NCBI RefSeq assembly: GCF_003991155.1
Contig: NZ_CP031293.1
Strand: one strand, 5' to 3'
Source of the DNA: Escherichia coli
GTDB taxonomy: Bacteria; Pseudomonadota; Gammaproteobacteria; Enterobacterales; Enterobacteriaceae
Length of the DNA stretch: 64,000 bases
Below the pieces are notes generated by a model. The model was not told the origin of the DNA, ran no database searches, and worked only from the letters and a program-made list of their open reading frames with translations. Made by a program: the position numbers and the translations under genes. This document shows positions 20,964 through 35,850 of this stretch, one piece after another (the first letter of the stretch is position 1; each line of letters begins with the position of its first letter).

Positions 20964-23900
20964 TTATTTCTCCTCAGCGCCTTCAGTATCTGCAGGAACG
21001 GCGTTAATTGTCACAGTCACTGGTTTCATTTCATACCCTCCATATGTCAAAGAGTTGAATGTGAATGTGTATGTACCTGGCTTGTTGGTACTAAATGTAC
21101 GCGTGATTTTCCCGTTCGCGAAATGGTCATTTTTCGACGGCAGGAACTGATAATCCGCCTCTGTCACCCCTTCCGGAGCCTCAATGTCGACCCACATGGT
21201 TCCTCCTACGGGGTTGACACCCGACATCAGAGTAACCGTCAGTGTTGCAGTTGTCTTCCCGTCCGCCACCAGAAAATCTACACGCTCTGGAGATGCAGCG
21301 AGCTCCGCGTTTTTATCATCCGCGACGAATTTAGATTCGGCAGTTTTCGTCGATTCCTGACCATCGGCCTGTTCCACTTTCGCCGTGAGTGTATATGTCG
21401 CTGCGACAGTGGTCGTGGCGGTGAAAATAGCCTGCCCTTGCTCATTCGTTGTCGCCGTCCCATTGGGAGTCAGAACTAAATTTTCCGGGCTGGCAGTCAG
21501 CGTCACTTCGCTATCTTTCAGCAGGTTGTTATTGGCATCAGTCACCGTAACTTTATACGTCTGTTTGGTTTTGCCATCCGCCACTGCACGGTTGCCAATC
21601 ACCTCAATACTGGAGATGGTCGCCGTAGTGTTATCGGCCACAAACGTTACAGACTGCGCATTCGAAGGCTGGTCATTTCCTGCTGACGCCGTGATCTCAT
21701 AGGTTCCGGCAGTCACGGAAACCACTTTCAGTTCCGCTTTACCCTCCTTGTCGGCGTTCACCATGATATTACCGTCTGCAAGCGGTTTGACGCCCCGAGG
21801 CAGATTAAAGACGACCACAGCGCCAGGAAGAAGGTTGCCGTATTGATCCTTAACCGTTGCCGTCAGCGTAAAGGCATCTTTGCCGTTTGCCACTTTTTGA
21901 GCAGCGGCGTCTACCTCCAGGCTCGCCTGACCGGTACTGAAATCCGCCTTGAATTTCACCTTGACCGTCTTCTGAGAGTTTTTCACCGAGGCCTCGATCT
22001 CAAGTTCCCCGGCAACCGTTGACATCAGCTCAATGTCAGCTTTACCTGCCGTATTGGTTGTTACCGTATTCCCCGTCTTGCTGGTCACGCCCTGCGGTAA
22101 AGTCAGCGTAACTTCTTGCCCCTGCAACGGGTTACCATAGCTGTCCACGACGGTCAGGGTTATCTGGTTAGCAGACTGTCCATTAGCCAGTTGGTTATTA
22201 ACCTTCACTGTCATATCACGAATCTCAGCCTTAGATGCGTCACCTGCAACGTTCAGCACCAGTGGCTGAGCAACGGCATTTTGGCCATTCACTCGCGGCA
22301 TCACAGACAACTGACCCGCGGCAGATCCCAGCGTTAAGGTCGCCACGTAGACCCCATTACTTTGCTCTGTCCAGCTTCCTGCTGAAGGTCGCTCACTCCC
22401 CGTGCTGGCGGCACCGCTAAACACTGGTGCATCGAGCTTCAGGCCACTAACAGGGTTCCCATACGCATCCTTCGCGGTGAAGGTAAGTTCCGTCGTCGCT
22501 TTGACGGTCGGAGCCTTATTGTCAGCAACAAGCGTAGAGTTCGCTGATGACATCTCCCCCGCAACGACAGTCAACCGCGCAGCATCGGTGGCTGCTGGCT
22601 GACCGTTGAATAGCGGCATAACGAGAAGCTCACCCGTCTTTCCCCCTGTGGTCAGCGTAGCGACATAGGAACCATCGCCCTGCTCGGTCCAGTTGGATAC
22701 CGTCGCCCCTTCAGACGCAGCACCCGTCAGGCTTGCCGACAGGGAAAGGCCACTGATAGCGTTGCCATGCGCATCTTTTGCAATAAGCGTCACGGTTGTG
22801 CTTTCGCCTGCTTTTACGCGGTCTGCGGCTACAGAGACTGTCGACTGGCCTGAAGATAACGCATCAGCCACCACGGTCACTTTAGCCGCATTCGCTGCCG
22901 CGTCCTGCCCATTGAGCTTCGGCATAACCTCTAATTCCCCCGCCGTAGTGCCGAGAGTAATCTGCGCAGTCCAGGTCCCGTCGCCATTATCCGTCCAGCC
23001 TGATGCCATAGACCCCGCAGCGGCTGCGCCAGATAATGACGGTGCATCTGGATTGAGGCCAATTACAGGGTTGCCATTGGCATCTTTTGCCGTCCAGATT
23101 GCCGTAAGCGTACCACCAACCACCGGTTTATCCGGATTCAGGGCGATGGTCGAATGTGCTGCATCAAGCGGCCCGGCGACAAACTTCAGCGTTTGTTGTA
23201 ATGAGCCCAACTGATACTGCTCGCTAAAGGCACGCACAACAACGTTTCCGGCACGGGTCGAAGAAACCGTGGCGCTGTAAACCCCTGGTTTTATTTCCGA
23301 AATGGCACCAATGGTTACACCATTAGTGTCTTGCGGAACAAGTCGCAGGCGGCTGGCTTCTCCCGTCACCGGATTACCCTCGGAGTCCACCGCTGTCAGT
23401 GTCAGCGTGTAGACTTGCTGACCATCAGCAACCACATCACCTGACGGCTCGTTAGCGCTCAGGGTGGAGTTTGCCACATCCATCATCGTGGCCCGCAGTT
23501 CTGCAGTGACAGTTTTGCTCATGTCATCAACGCTAACAGTAATCGTTGCCTCTCCTGACTGCGTTCCGGTAGTAAAGACAGACTGATACACCCCTGCTTC
23601 AGTTTCGGTGAACTCACCCAGTGTTGGCTTTGCCTGTGATTTAGTGGCCTTCAGGGTACGAGTCACAATATTTCCAGCCGGTTTGAACGTCAGCTCAGTC
23701 TTGATCTGATCTTTCATGCCCGTGACTGGCTGCCCCTCGGCGTCGCGCAGAGAAAGCACCAGTGGCTTTTGCTCACTACCGTTAGCAAGCATTTGAATAC
23801 GGCTCTGACCGTCAAGCGTTAACGCCGTGCGCTCGGCACTCATACCTGCTCCGGTAATGACCACCTCTGTCTGCACGTGTTTTGAGGCATTGCCTTTGTT

Positions 23901-25214
23901 ATCGTAGGCAACCGCAGAAATCGCATAATAATTGTCTTTGCCTGCCTGGTAAGCCGGGAGCGTCACTTGCCACTGATTGCCCTGCCCCGTAATTTTTCCG
24001 CCTGCGGCCAGCAAAGACGGCGCTTCCCATTGCACATTTTTCAGACCGTGAGTTGCTTTGCTGACCACAAGCCCCAGGGAAACCGTCTGGCCGCCCTTGC
24101 CTTCAATACGCTCAGGCAGAGCAATACGGATCACTTCAGATTTGCGATACTCAAGAACGATATTGTTATTACGCTCAACCAGGTCATAGCGGCTGCCTGC
24201 CAGCATTCGACGCTCGCGAATACTGTCTGTATCGAGTTGTTTTTCCAGAGGTTCGCCAATCCGATAATTAACTTCCAGGCCAAAGCGAGTGTCATTCTCA
24301 CCACTCTTGCCCTGCTTATGCCCGGCACTCAGGGTCAGAAGAGGCACTGGCGTGTAATTCACTTCAGCGGTAATCGCATGTGGATCTTTCTGGCGTTTAT
24401 CTTTACCAAACAGCCCGACTTCATCGCCATAATACTGTTCATACATCAGGCTTGCGCCAAGCTGCGGCCAGGCAGGTAAATAGCCCTCAGCACGAATATC
24501 CCAGCCATTCGCCGGGCGTTCCTGATAATCCTCAACATCCGGCGATTTTTTCCAGCCAGAAGCCCGGATATAACCATTGGCGCTCAGTTTCAAATAATCA
24601 CGCCAGTATTCCGCACCAACACCAATGCGGGTATGACTACGGGATAAATCATGATCGATAAAAGTATTCACCCCCGCCATCCAGTCATTTCCTGAAAAAT
24701 GACGCCAGCCAAAACCAATATTTGACTGAGTACGATCGTCGGTACGATGTATTGTCCCCTGAGTGAACAACATATTTGTCGGTGTATCATAAATCGGATA
24801 AAGCATTTCCAGCGAAGAATCCTTCAGCGAGAAATCTTTATCGACATTCAGTTTGACGCGCGCAGTACCGTATTTCCCGAGCCACTCCTGTATTTCCTGG
24901 TTAGCTTTAGCGGTGGCCATTCCGGTAATAAAATTACGTGTCGCATCGCTATCTGGCTGACTGCTTAAAAATGTCCCGGCATTTGCGGCAAACGACGCGA
25001 CATTTTTCTCCACGTTATTATCAGCAGTTACCGTAGTATTTCCCATGCTCAACCGTGGCTGAACCGCATGCTGCGCACGTGCCGCCATTACTGGGGTAAA
25101 GGTGACAGCGAGTGGAAAAAGAACCTGAACAGAGATATTTGCCCACGCCACGCAGCGGGCCAGAACTGAATAACGAAATTGTGGTTGTTTATGACCTATT
25201 TTATAACGTGACAT
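20964..25214 (-). CDS. eaeH: intimin/invasin-family inverse-autotransporter adhesin EaeH/FdeC, full length
   Basis: 1416-aa ORF; N-terminal beta-barrel region with intimin-like motifs (NIGFGWR, YDLVERNNNIVLEYRK) followed by many Big-like repeats. Confidence 0.9.
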   Translation of the reverse strand: MSRYKIGHKQPQFRYSVLARCVAWANISVQVLFPLAVTFTPVMAARAQHAVQPRLSMGNTTVTADNNVEKNVASFAANAGTFLSSQPDSDATRNFITGMATAKANQEIQEWLGKYGTARVKLNVDKDFSLKDSSLEMLYPIYDTPTNMLFTQGTIHRTDDRTQSNIGFGWRHFSGNDWMAGVNTFIDHDLSRSHTRIGVGAEYWRDYLKLSANGYIRASGWKKSPDVEDYQERPANGWDIRAEGYLPAWPQLGASLMYEQYYGDEVGLFGKDKRQKDPHAITAEVNYTPVPLLTLSAGHKQGKSGENDTRFGLEVNYRIGEPLEKQLDTDSIRERRMLAGSRYDLVERNNNIVLEYRKSEVIRIALPERIEGKGGQTVSLGLVVSKATHGLKNVQWEAPSLLAAGGKITGQGNQWQVTLPAYQAGKDNYYAISAVAYDNKGNASKHVQTEVVITGAGMSAERTALTLDGQSRIQMLANGSEQKPLVLSLRDAEGQPVTGMKDQIKTELTFKPAGNIVTRTLKATKSQAKPTLGEFTETEAGVYQSVFTTGTQSGEATITVSVDDMSKTVTAELRATMMDVANSTLSANEPSGDVVADGQQVYTLTLTAVDSEGNPVTGEASRLRLVPQDTNGVTIGAISEIKPGVYSATVSSTRAGNVVVRAFSEQYQLGSLQQTLKFVAGPLDAAHSTIALNPDKPVVGGTLTAIWTAKDANGNPVIGLNPDAPSLSGAAAAGSMASGWTDNGDGTWTAQITLGTTAGELEVMPKLNGQDAAANAAKVTVVADALSSGQSTVSVAADRVKAGESTTVTLIAKDAHGNAISGLSLSASLTGAASEGATVSNWTEQGDGSYVATLTTGGKTGELLVMPLFNGQPAATDAARLTVVAGEMSSANSTLVADNKAPTVKATTELTFTAKDAYGNPVSGLKLDAPVFSGAASTGSERPSAGSWTEQSNGVYVATLTLGSAAGQLSVMPRVNGQNAVAQPLVLNVAGDASKAEIRDMTVKVNNQLANGQSANQITLTVVDSYGNPLQGQEVTLTLPQGVTSKTGNTVTTNTAGKADIELMSTVAGELEIEASVKNSQKTVKVKFKADFSTGQASLEVDAAAQKVANGKDAFTLTATVKDQYGNLLPGAVVVFNLPRGVKPLADGNIMVNADKEGKAELKVVSVTAGTYEITASAGNDQPSNAQSVTFVADNTTATISSIEVIGNRAVADGKTKQTYKVTVTDANNNLLKDSEVTLTASPENLVLTPNGTATTNEQGQAIFTATTTVAATYTLTAKVEQADGQESTKTAESKFVADDKNAELAASPERVDFLVADGKTTATLTVTLMSGVNPVGGTMWVDIEAPEGVTEADYQFLPSKNDHFANGKITRTFSTNKPGTYTFTFNSLTYGGYEMKPVTVTINAVPADTEGAEEK

Positions 25215-25764
25215 TGAGATAATTTCCTGATGAACGAATTAACGAACATAGGCAGACACAAATAATGGCGTCTGCTTGTCAGAAAAACCGGGGATTTCCC
25301 GGTTTCCTTTTCCGCAGAAAAGGAAATACCTTTATGTAAGAAAGTACACCGCCACCTAATATATCCAGTGCCTGTAGCCTCTCATCAGGTGGTTGGGCGC
25401 GGGATTATATTTTTATTTATGGGTGAAAATTTAGCTTTTTGTGCAAGTCATTAAATAGATACCTAAGTTATATTTCTTACTCTGCGGACAGTGAATAATT
25501 CATTATTCAGAGTGAATAATAATGACCTGCCTTTAATTAGCAACTATTGGAAATACGTCGAAGTAGGTATATACGCCAGGATAAACCGATATATTTTTTA
25601 TGGATATTCATTTTCCTTCATCAGACTGTGAATTGCAGGGATATCGAACTTGCACGACTCATCGCAACACTCAAACAGATTTATGAATTTCGTTCATAAC
25701 CCCTGACAAATCCTGCCGTCTAATCGAGCTTTTCCCTTTACGTTATGCTTCTCATGAACGATAA

Positions 25765-28688
<2,924 letters not shown>

Positions 28689-28770
28689 CTAAACTTTCAG
28701 GAGATTTATTATGAATAAACGTATCCTCACGATTGCGCCATTCTTCTTACCGATATTCTGACACACATCA

Positions 28771-29697
28771 TTAACTTTCTATTTTTACTCTTTTCTCCAC
28801 CATAAAATCAATAAAAGCACGAACTTTAGAGGGCATTCTCACCCGTGATGAAACATATATATAAAATCCAGGAAATGAAACGGCCCAATCCTCAAGAATC
28901 GGCTGTAACTTGCCCGCATTGATATGCTCAGCGATTGCAAAATCCAGATGTTGAATGATACCCGTTCCATTCAGCGCCATTCGTATCATGCTTTCGTCAT
29001 CATTAGAAATATACTTACCTGACACCTCTATTTCGAACTCTTCATTACCCCCCACAACATTCGAAAACTCCCATGCTGAGAGTGCACCGCTACTTTTATG
29101 CCGCAACCGAAGACAATTATGGTTACTCAATTCCTGAGGAGTTTCAGGAATACCGTGTTCTTTTAAATAATCTGGCGATGCCACAGTAACCAGTTTAATA
29201 AGCGGAGAAACAGGAACGGCAGTCATATGCTCATCCAGTCCTTGCTCAAGACGTATGCCCACATCACAGCCGTCCGCAATAATGTTAGATAAACCGTCAT
29301 CCATAATGAGTTCTATCTTTGTTTTGGGGTAACGAGTAAGAAACTCGCCAATATGAGGCTCAACAAGCATCCGTGCTGCAACACGGGAGGAATTTATTCT
29401 CAACAGGCCTGTAGGTTCAAGTTGGGTATCACCAACATCTTTCAAAGCATCATCAATTTGCCCCAAAGCCGACACCAGCACTTCATACAGACGCTGTCCT
29501 TCCTCAGTAAGCGACATATTGCGGGTCGTACGGTATATCAGCTTGGTGTTAAGACGTTCCTCAAGAGATTTTAAATTCTGGGACAATGCGGCCCGCGTAA
29601 TACCCATTTCAGAAGCGGCTCTGGAAAAACTGCCGGCACGAACAATAAGCGCAAACCAGGCAAGAGAAGGCAAAATTGAAGGCTCTATTTTCATCAT
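28771..29697 (-). CDS. LysR-family transcriptional regulator
   Basis: ORF 28771-29760; start placed at MMKIEPS; LysR HTH (FSRAASEMGITRAALSQNLKSLE); divergent from hydrolase gene. Confidence 0.8.
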   Translation of the reverse strand: MMKIEPSILPSLAWFALIVRAGSFSRAASEMGITRAALSQNLKSLEERLNTKLIYRTTRNMSLTEEGQRLYEVLVSALGQIDDALKDVGDTQLEPTGLLRINSSRVAARMLVEPHIGEFLTRYPKTKIELIMDDGLSNIIADGCDVGIRLEQGLDEHMTAVPVSPLIKLVTVASPDYLKEHGIPETPQELSNHNCLRLRHKSSGALSAWEFSNVVGGNEEFEIEVSGKYISNDDESMIRMALNGTGIIQHLDFAIAEHINAGKLQPILEDWAVSFPGFYIYVSSRVRMPSKVRAFIDFMVEKRVKIES

Positions 29698-29853
29698 TGT
29701 AAACCTTAACTTAACACTGTGATAGATATTAGACCATTGATGATAACCAATACAAGTCATACTATTACGCCGTTCTCGATATGAACACGAATGCCAGTTG
29801 CGGATAATAGAAATGATATTTAAATCTGTTTAGGCAAATCCCCGGAGCTTGAA

Positions 29854-30774
29854 ATGAAAACTGTTTCGATAAAACATACTTACTGGGATATAGCTGCTGA
29901 TATCTATTTCCCTGACGATTTTAATAGTGAAAAAAAGTATCCTGCCATTATCAGCGCCCATCCAATTGGAAGCTGCAAAGAACAGACATCGGGTAGTGTG
30001 TATGGTGCCGCCCTGGCAAAAGCTGGCTTTATCGTCATTGCTTTTGATGCCAGTTTTCAGGGAAGCAGCGGTGGAGAACCGCGTTATCTGGAAGATCCAA
30101 CAATGCGAGTAAAAGACTTCAGCATTGTCGTTGATTATCTTACCAGCTTACCTTACGTTGATGCCGGGCGTATTGGTGTACTGGGTATTTGTGGTGGAGG
30201 TGGATATGCCATTAATGCCGCAATGACAGAACGTCGAATTAAAGCTATTGGTACTGTCACGGGTGCAAACTACGGGCGTCTTATGCGTGAGGGATTTACA
30301 GCGTTTAATCCTATCGGAGCACTCGAAGCAATGGCGCAACAAAGAACAGACGAAGCTAACGGCGCAAAACTTCGCGTAGATGATTTGCTCCCTTCTTCTC
30401 CGGAAGCAGCTCTTGAAGCGGGATTAACAGAAATAGACCTTTTTGAAGCAACAGAATATTATCGTTCGCCACGAGGCTGTGCACCTAATGGGGTAAATCG
30501 TTCGCTATTCTCACATCAGACTGTTGCCGTGGGTTGGGATGCATTTCATCTTGCAGAAGTCCTGTTAACTCAACCAATAATGGTTGTGGTGGGCGATAGA
30601 GTGGGCGCATTTGGTGCCTACCGTGACGGCTGCGAAATTATTGGCCGCGCTGCCTCAAAACATAAAGAGCTGGTCGTGGTTGAAGGTTATTCACATTACG
30701 ACCTGTATGATAAGCCAGAACCTGTGAAACAGGCACTCGACAAATTAATTCCTTTTTATAAAACACATTTGTAA
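29854..30774 (+). CDS. alpha/beta hydrolase (dienelactone-hydrolase-like)
   Basis: 306 aa; nucleophile-elbow-like GICGGG motif and alpha/beta hydrolase-like layout. Confidence 0.7.
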   Translation: MKTVSIKHTYWDIAADIYFPDDFNSEKKYPAIISAHPIGSCKEQTSGSVYGAALAKAGFIVIAFDASFQGSSGGEPRYLEDPTMRVKDFSIVVDYLTSLPYVDAGRIGVLGICGGGGYAINAAMTERRIKAIGTVTGANYGRLMREGFTAFNPIGALEAMAQQRTDEANGAKLRVDDLLPSSPEAALEAGLTEIDLFEATEYYRSPRGCAPNGVNRSLFSHQTVAVGWDAFHLAEVLLTQPIMVVVGDRVGAFGAYRDGCEIIGRAASKHKELVVVEGYSHYDLYDKPEPVKQALDKLIPFYKTHL

Positions 30775-31018
30775 TAATCTTACAGGGAGATTCCTTATCT
30801 CCCTGACATTTATCCTTTATTGACTACACAACAATAATAAAATTACTCAAAAAGAAATTTCATTAAAGAAACAGAAAAGCAGCAACTCAATTATTAAGAT
30901 TATTAGAAACCCTTTGAAGGAATTATAAATAAAGCCATAATTCTTGGTTCCAAAGCTGGCAACAACTAACCAGTTAAAACATACGCATCAAAATCAGATA
31001 AACATTTGAGGTATTGTT

Positions 31019-32161
31019 ATGACAAATAAACACCCATCATTGTTTTCTCCTTTTATGCTGACAGAAAAAATAAAGCTACGTAATCGTATCGTTATGGCTC
31101 CTATGACGACCTGGTCAGCGAATCCTGATGGAACCATCTCTGAGCAAGAACTCGAATTTTATAAACGTCGCTCACAAAATGTTGGTTTAGTAATAACAGG
31201 ATGCACCTATGTCACGCCAAGCGGCATTGGGTTTACTCATGAATTTGCCGCGTATGACGACCGTTTCATTAACAGCCTTGAAAAGTTAGCAGCTGCAGCC
31301 AAAAGTGGCGGTGCTCCGGCTATTTTGCAGATTTTCCACGCCGGTAATAAAGCCATCCCGGAGCTTGTGCCAAATAACGATGTTATTAGTGCCAGCGCAT
31401 CAAGCGTAAAATCTGGTGACTTTATGAAGAGAGTGGTACAAAGCAGGGAAATGACTGAAAACGAAATTCAGGAAACCATTAGAGCATTCGGAGATGTCAC
31501 AAAAAGGGCGATTAAAGCAGGTTTTGATGGCGTTGAACTTCATGGTGCGCACGGATTCCTTCTGCAGAATTTCTTCTCCCCTCTATTTAACCAGCGTAAT
31601 GACCGATGGGGAGGAGATCTCGAAGGACGTATGCGCTTCCCGCTGGCCGTATTACAGGAAGTAAAAAATGTAGTCTATGAATATGCGACAAAGCCCTTTG
31701 CCATCGGTTACAGAATATCTCCTGAAGAATCTGCAACAGGGGGGCTGCGGATAGAGGATACTTATAAACTCCTTGATCGGCTCATTTCATCCGGTATTTC
31801 GTATATACATACCTCACTGGTCAGTATTAACGATAGCTACCCTGTTGAGTCGCCAAATGGCCCCCGAACTATTGAATTGATTTTAAATCATATTGCAGGC
31901 AGAGTGCCGGTAATCGCTGCAGGTAAAATACGCACACCGTCTCAGGCTCAAGAAGCAATTTCCACTGGCCTGCCACTTGTTGCGATCGGTAAAGGGCTGG
32001 TGATAAATCCAGAATGGGTGACTTTAGCTGAATCAGGTAGAGACCATGAAATTCAAACAACCCTTAATCCACAACTTGTTCATGAATTAACCATTCCGGA
32101 TAAACTATGGGATCAAATTCAGACATCGAAAGGAACTGGCTGGTTTCCGTTAATGGATTAA
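31019..32161 (+). CDS. NADH:flavin oxidoreductase, Old Yellow Enzyme family
   Basis: 380 aa; OYE-type TIM-barrel motifs (RIVMAPMTT, HGAHGFLLQNFFSP). Confidence 0.85.
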   Translation: MTNKHPSLFSPFMLTEKIKLRNRIVMAPMTTWSANPDGTISEQELEFYKRRSQNVGLVITGCTYVTPSGIGFTHEFAAYDDRFINSLEKLAAAAKSGGAPAILQIFHAGNKAIPELVPNNDVISASASSVKSGDFMKRVVQSREMTENEIQETIRAFGDVTKRAIKAGFDGVELHGAHGFLLQNFFSPLFNQRNDRWGGDLEGRMRFPLAVLQEVKNVVYEYATKPFAIGYRISPEESATGGLRIEDTYKLLDRLISSGISYIHTSLVSINDSYPVESPNGPRTIELILNHIAGRVPVIAAGKIRTPSQAQEAISTGLPLVAIGKGLVINPEWVTLAESGRDHEIQTTLNPQLVHELTIPDKLWDQIQTSKGTGWFPLMD

Positions 32162-32634
32162 ATATCTATTACTCTCCCGAGAGTAAAACTATCAAACCAA
32201 TGAGTAACCGATACAGCCTCACAAATTCTTTCAGATAATTAACCCGTCACTGCGGCACGTTCTCTCGTAAGGCGTGCCTGCAGTGTAATCCAGTATGTAT
32301 CCGGCATAGTTGACGGTTTAATAGAACTCAATTCCTCTCCCTGGTTACCTACAACGATATCTTGTATAACACCCCAGGAGATACGACATTACGATGAGAT
32401 GCGATATGCTCCTCAGCGCCAATCAACGCCAGGGCTGGGCCAATCTTGAGATCAGACTCATTCCCGGAACTGACTTCAGGCGACATATATCAATGACGTT
32501 GGTGCAATAAAAGATAGCCGATGTAATACATCTATTCAAATTTGTGATACATGTCAAAAAATTGGTTGACCAAACTCGTTATTTATATAAGGGCACTTAC
32601 GAAGTGCACTCTTTTTTAAAGCGAGGAAGTACCA

Positions 32635-32736
32635 ATGAAAGAGAATAAAGTACAGCAAATCAGTCATAAACTGATTAATATCGTTGTTTTTGTCGCAATT
32701 GTAGAATACGCCTATTTATTTCTCCATTTCTATTAA
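32635..32736 (+). CDS. ykgR: small hydrophobic protein, YkgR-like (33 aa)
   Basis: ATG preceded by GAGGAA; translates MKENKVQQISHKLINIVVFVAIVEYAYLFLHFY; identity to YkgR is from memory. Confidence 0.45.
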   Translation: MKENKVQQISHKLINIVVFVAIVEYAYLFLHFY

Positions 32737-33072
32737 TAACGGCAATAAACTGTTCACTTCAGTGATATTTAAAATATGCATCCTCTCCCTTTTTTGTAAG
32801 TAATTATTATATCCGTGGGAGAGGAATATACGCTGTCAGGTAATCAATCAAACTGCGATAAATCATCGGCCAGTAAAGTGGAGATAGCCTCCATTCTCGA
32901 AAAATCCATACTCTCAGCGAAACCATCATCAATCACTCATCCAGGCGTTTATGGGAGCGTAGCCAATGGCTGCTAACAATGCCAGACTTCCCCGTTGCGG
33001 AAATTCCACATCCCACAAATAGTCACAGGGATTGGGTGTTGAAATGATCCGGATGAGCATGTATCTTTATGG

Positions 33073-33088
33073 TTATGTTATAACATAA
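33073..33088. promoter_or_regulatory. Zur box (perfect 16-bp palindrome TTATGTTATAACATAA) upstream of ykgM
   Basis: Perfect palindrome about 12 bp upstream of ykgM start; resembles the Zur operator; ykgMO are known Zur targets. Confidence 0.7.
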
Positions 33089-33100
33089 CAGGTAAAAATG

Positions 33101-33364
33101 ATGAAACCCAATATCCATCCTGAGTATCGTACTGTGGTGTTCCACGACACCATTGTTGATGAGTACTTTAAAATCGGCTCGACTATCAAAACAGACCGTG
33201 AGATTGAGCTGGATGGCGTAACGTATCCGTACGTAACAATTGATGTCTCTTCGAAATCGCACCCGTTCTATACAGGGAAGCTGAGAACAGTGGCATCAGA
33301 AGGAAATGTTGCACGGTTCACCCAACGTTTTGGTCGTTTTGTTAGCACGAAAAAGGGGGCATGA
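33101..33364 (+). CDS. ykgM: ribosomal protein L31 paralog (type B, zinc-independent) YkgM
   Basis: 87 aa [17 protein letters not shown]...; L31 family without the zinc-ribbon cysteines. Confidence 0.9.
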   Translation: MKPNIHPEYRTVVFHDTIVDEYFKIGSTIKTDREIELDGVTYPYVTIDVSSKSHPFYTGKLRTVASEGNVARFTQRFGRFVSTKKGA

Positions 33365-33504
33365 TGAAAGTCCTTAACTCTCTGCGTACCGCAAAAGAAC
33401 GCCATCCAGACTGTCAGATTGTGAAGCGAAAAGGACGGCTGTATGTGATTTGTAAATCTAATCCACGTTTTAAGGCCGTTCAGGGTCGTAAGAAAAAACG
33501 TTGA
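33364..33504 (+). CDS. ykgO: ribosomal protein L36 paralog YkgO
   Basis: 46 aa [46 protein letters not shown]; start overlaps ykgM stop (ATGATG). Confidence 0.9.
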   Translation: MKVLNSLRTAKERHPDCQIVKRKGRLYVICKSNPRFKAVQGRKKKR

Positions 33505-34519
33505 TTTAAAATTCGACGAATTAACGATATTTGTCTGATTAATAATCAGACCGGATTAATGTTGGTGTATTTATTACACCAGCATTAATTTTCCTGGGGA
33601 TGTATCTTCCTGTTCATTTAAGGTCAACTGCCTGACGTTTCTCTCCGAATATTCCATTATATTAATGTTGACTTGTTGACCAGCTTCGCCCTGTATGCTG
33701 GCATCAACTCTATTTTAGACTGAACACGTCACTCAGTTTCCTCCCTTTGCGACGCAGCCTGCATTTACACTCAAACTGTTAAGATGATAAATGTGGTAAA
33801 TCTGTTGGTACTGACATAAAAACGTTTACGCCACAGGAACGGCCAGATCCATCGGTAACCCCATCGCCGACGTTCGAGTGCCAGTTAGAGTAACGCGCAC
33901 AGATGACTGAATGCAGTGCCCTGGCAAAGAGGCCATCGTTCCTGTGACAACTGGCAGTCTTCGTTTAACTTCACTTAATTTGGCTCTTAGGGGGCTTACC
34001 GGACATGATGACGCACTTACACCTGTTTAATTTTTCATCACTTATTGGAGTGAACACCCATAACCATTTTGTGCGGCATGTTAACCCATTAAAACACCTT
34101 ACTGATTGGCAAATCATCTTTAATTATGACTCATGATAGTTTTATATTCTATTTCTTATCATTTAAACTTGTTTTTTTACTAGTCCATTACACAACACAT
34201 TAAGACTATTCCTAACACCTCAGGGCAAAGTTCCTGGCTAATATAAAATGCAAGTAAGAATTGAACGTTATATTGCCAATAACCTTATGAAACTGAATGT
34301 CTTTTTCTTCTTATCAAAAAAGCAATATTTTCATTTTTTGTAAATATTGACTTAACCATGGAATTCATTTTCTGTTCACATATTGACACTCATCAGGAAA
34401 AAAACATAAATTTAAACCTAATCGAAATAATTAAAACTTAATCTCGTTTAACCTATATTGATATGTGCTACGTATCTTATTTACTTCCGATTTACTAAAG
34501 AAACTGAATGTACCTGTAA

Positions 34520-35131
<612 letters not shown>

Positions 35132-35205
35132 ACTCCAGGCAAGTTAGTTTTAAAAAATGACTCACCGGGACTTCATGTCCTCAATTCAACTCGGGAAGAA
35201 AAGCA

Positions 35206-35793
35206 ATGAAAAAAAAGGTTCTGGCAATAGCTCTGGTAACGGTGTTTACCGGTACAGGTGTGGCGCAGGCTGCTGACGTAACAGCTCAGGCTGTAGCGAC
35301 CTGGTCAGCAACAGCCAAAAAAGACACCACCAGTAAGCTGGTTGTGACGCCACTCGGTAGCCTGGCGTTCCAGTATGCCGAAGGCATTAAAGGTTTTAAC
35401 TCACAGAAAGGTCTATTTGACGTGGCTATCGAGGGTGACTCAACGGCTACCGCCTTTAAACTGACCTCACGTCTTATCACCAACACCTTAACCCAGTTGG
35501 ATACCTCAGGTTCCACACTGAATGTGGGCGTGGATTATAACGGCGCGGCAGTCGAAAAAACTGGCGATACCGTGATGATCGATACCGCCAACGGCGTACT
35601 GGGCGGCAACCTTAGCCCGCTGGCTAACGGTTACAATGCCAGCAATCGTACCACCGCACAGGATGGTTTCACTTTCTCCATCATCAGCGGCACCACCAAT
35701 GGTACCACCGCAGTAACCGATTACAGCACTCTACCGGAAGGCATCTGGAGCGGCGACGTTAGCGTACAGTTCGACGCGACCTGGACCAGTTAA
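35206..35793 (+). CDS. ecpA: E. coli common pilus major subunit EcpA (MatB)
   Basis: 195 aa with signal peptide [22 protein letters not shown]; Thr/Gly-rich pilin. Confidence 0.95.
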   Translation: MKKKVLAIALVTVFTGTGVAQAADVTAQAVATWSATAKKDTTSKLVVTPLGSLAFQYAEGIKGFNSQKGLFDVAIEGDSTATAFKLTSRLITNTLTQLDTSGSTLNVGVDYNGAAVEKTGDTVMIDTANGVLGGNLSPLANGYNASNRTTAQDGFTFSIISGTTNGTTAVTDYSTLPEGIWSGDVSVQFDATWTS

Positions 35794-35808
35794 TCTCTCT
35801 GATGTACC

Positions 35809-35834
35809 AGCAGGGGTAGCCCCCCTGCTTTATT
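35809..35834 (+). terminator. intrinsic terminator/attenuator after ecpA
   Basis: GC-rich hairpin AGCAGGGG-TAGC-CCCCTGCT followed by TTTATT. Confidence 0.55.
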
Positions 35835-35850
35835 CCTGGACGGAATTGTT

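Noticed and set aside
21385-24479. Several 100-190-aa ORFs on the + strand inside eaeH (for example 21385-21702, 22693-23214, 23967-24479)
   Set aside because: Antisense to a long, well-supported adhesin gene; their Ala/Ser/Thr-rich translations are the usual shadow of a repetitive GC-rich coding strand.
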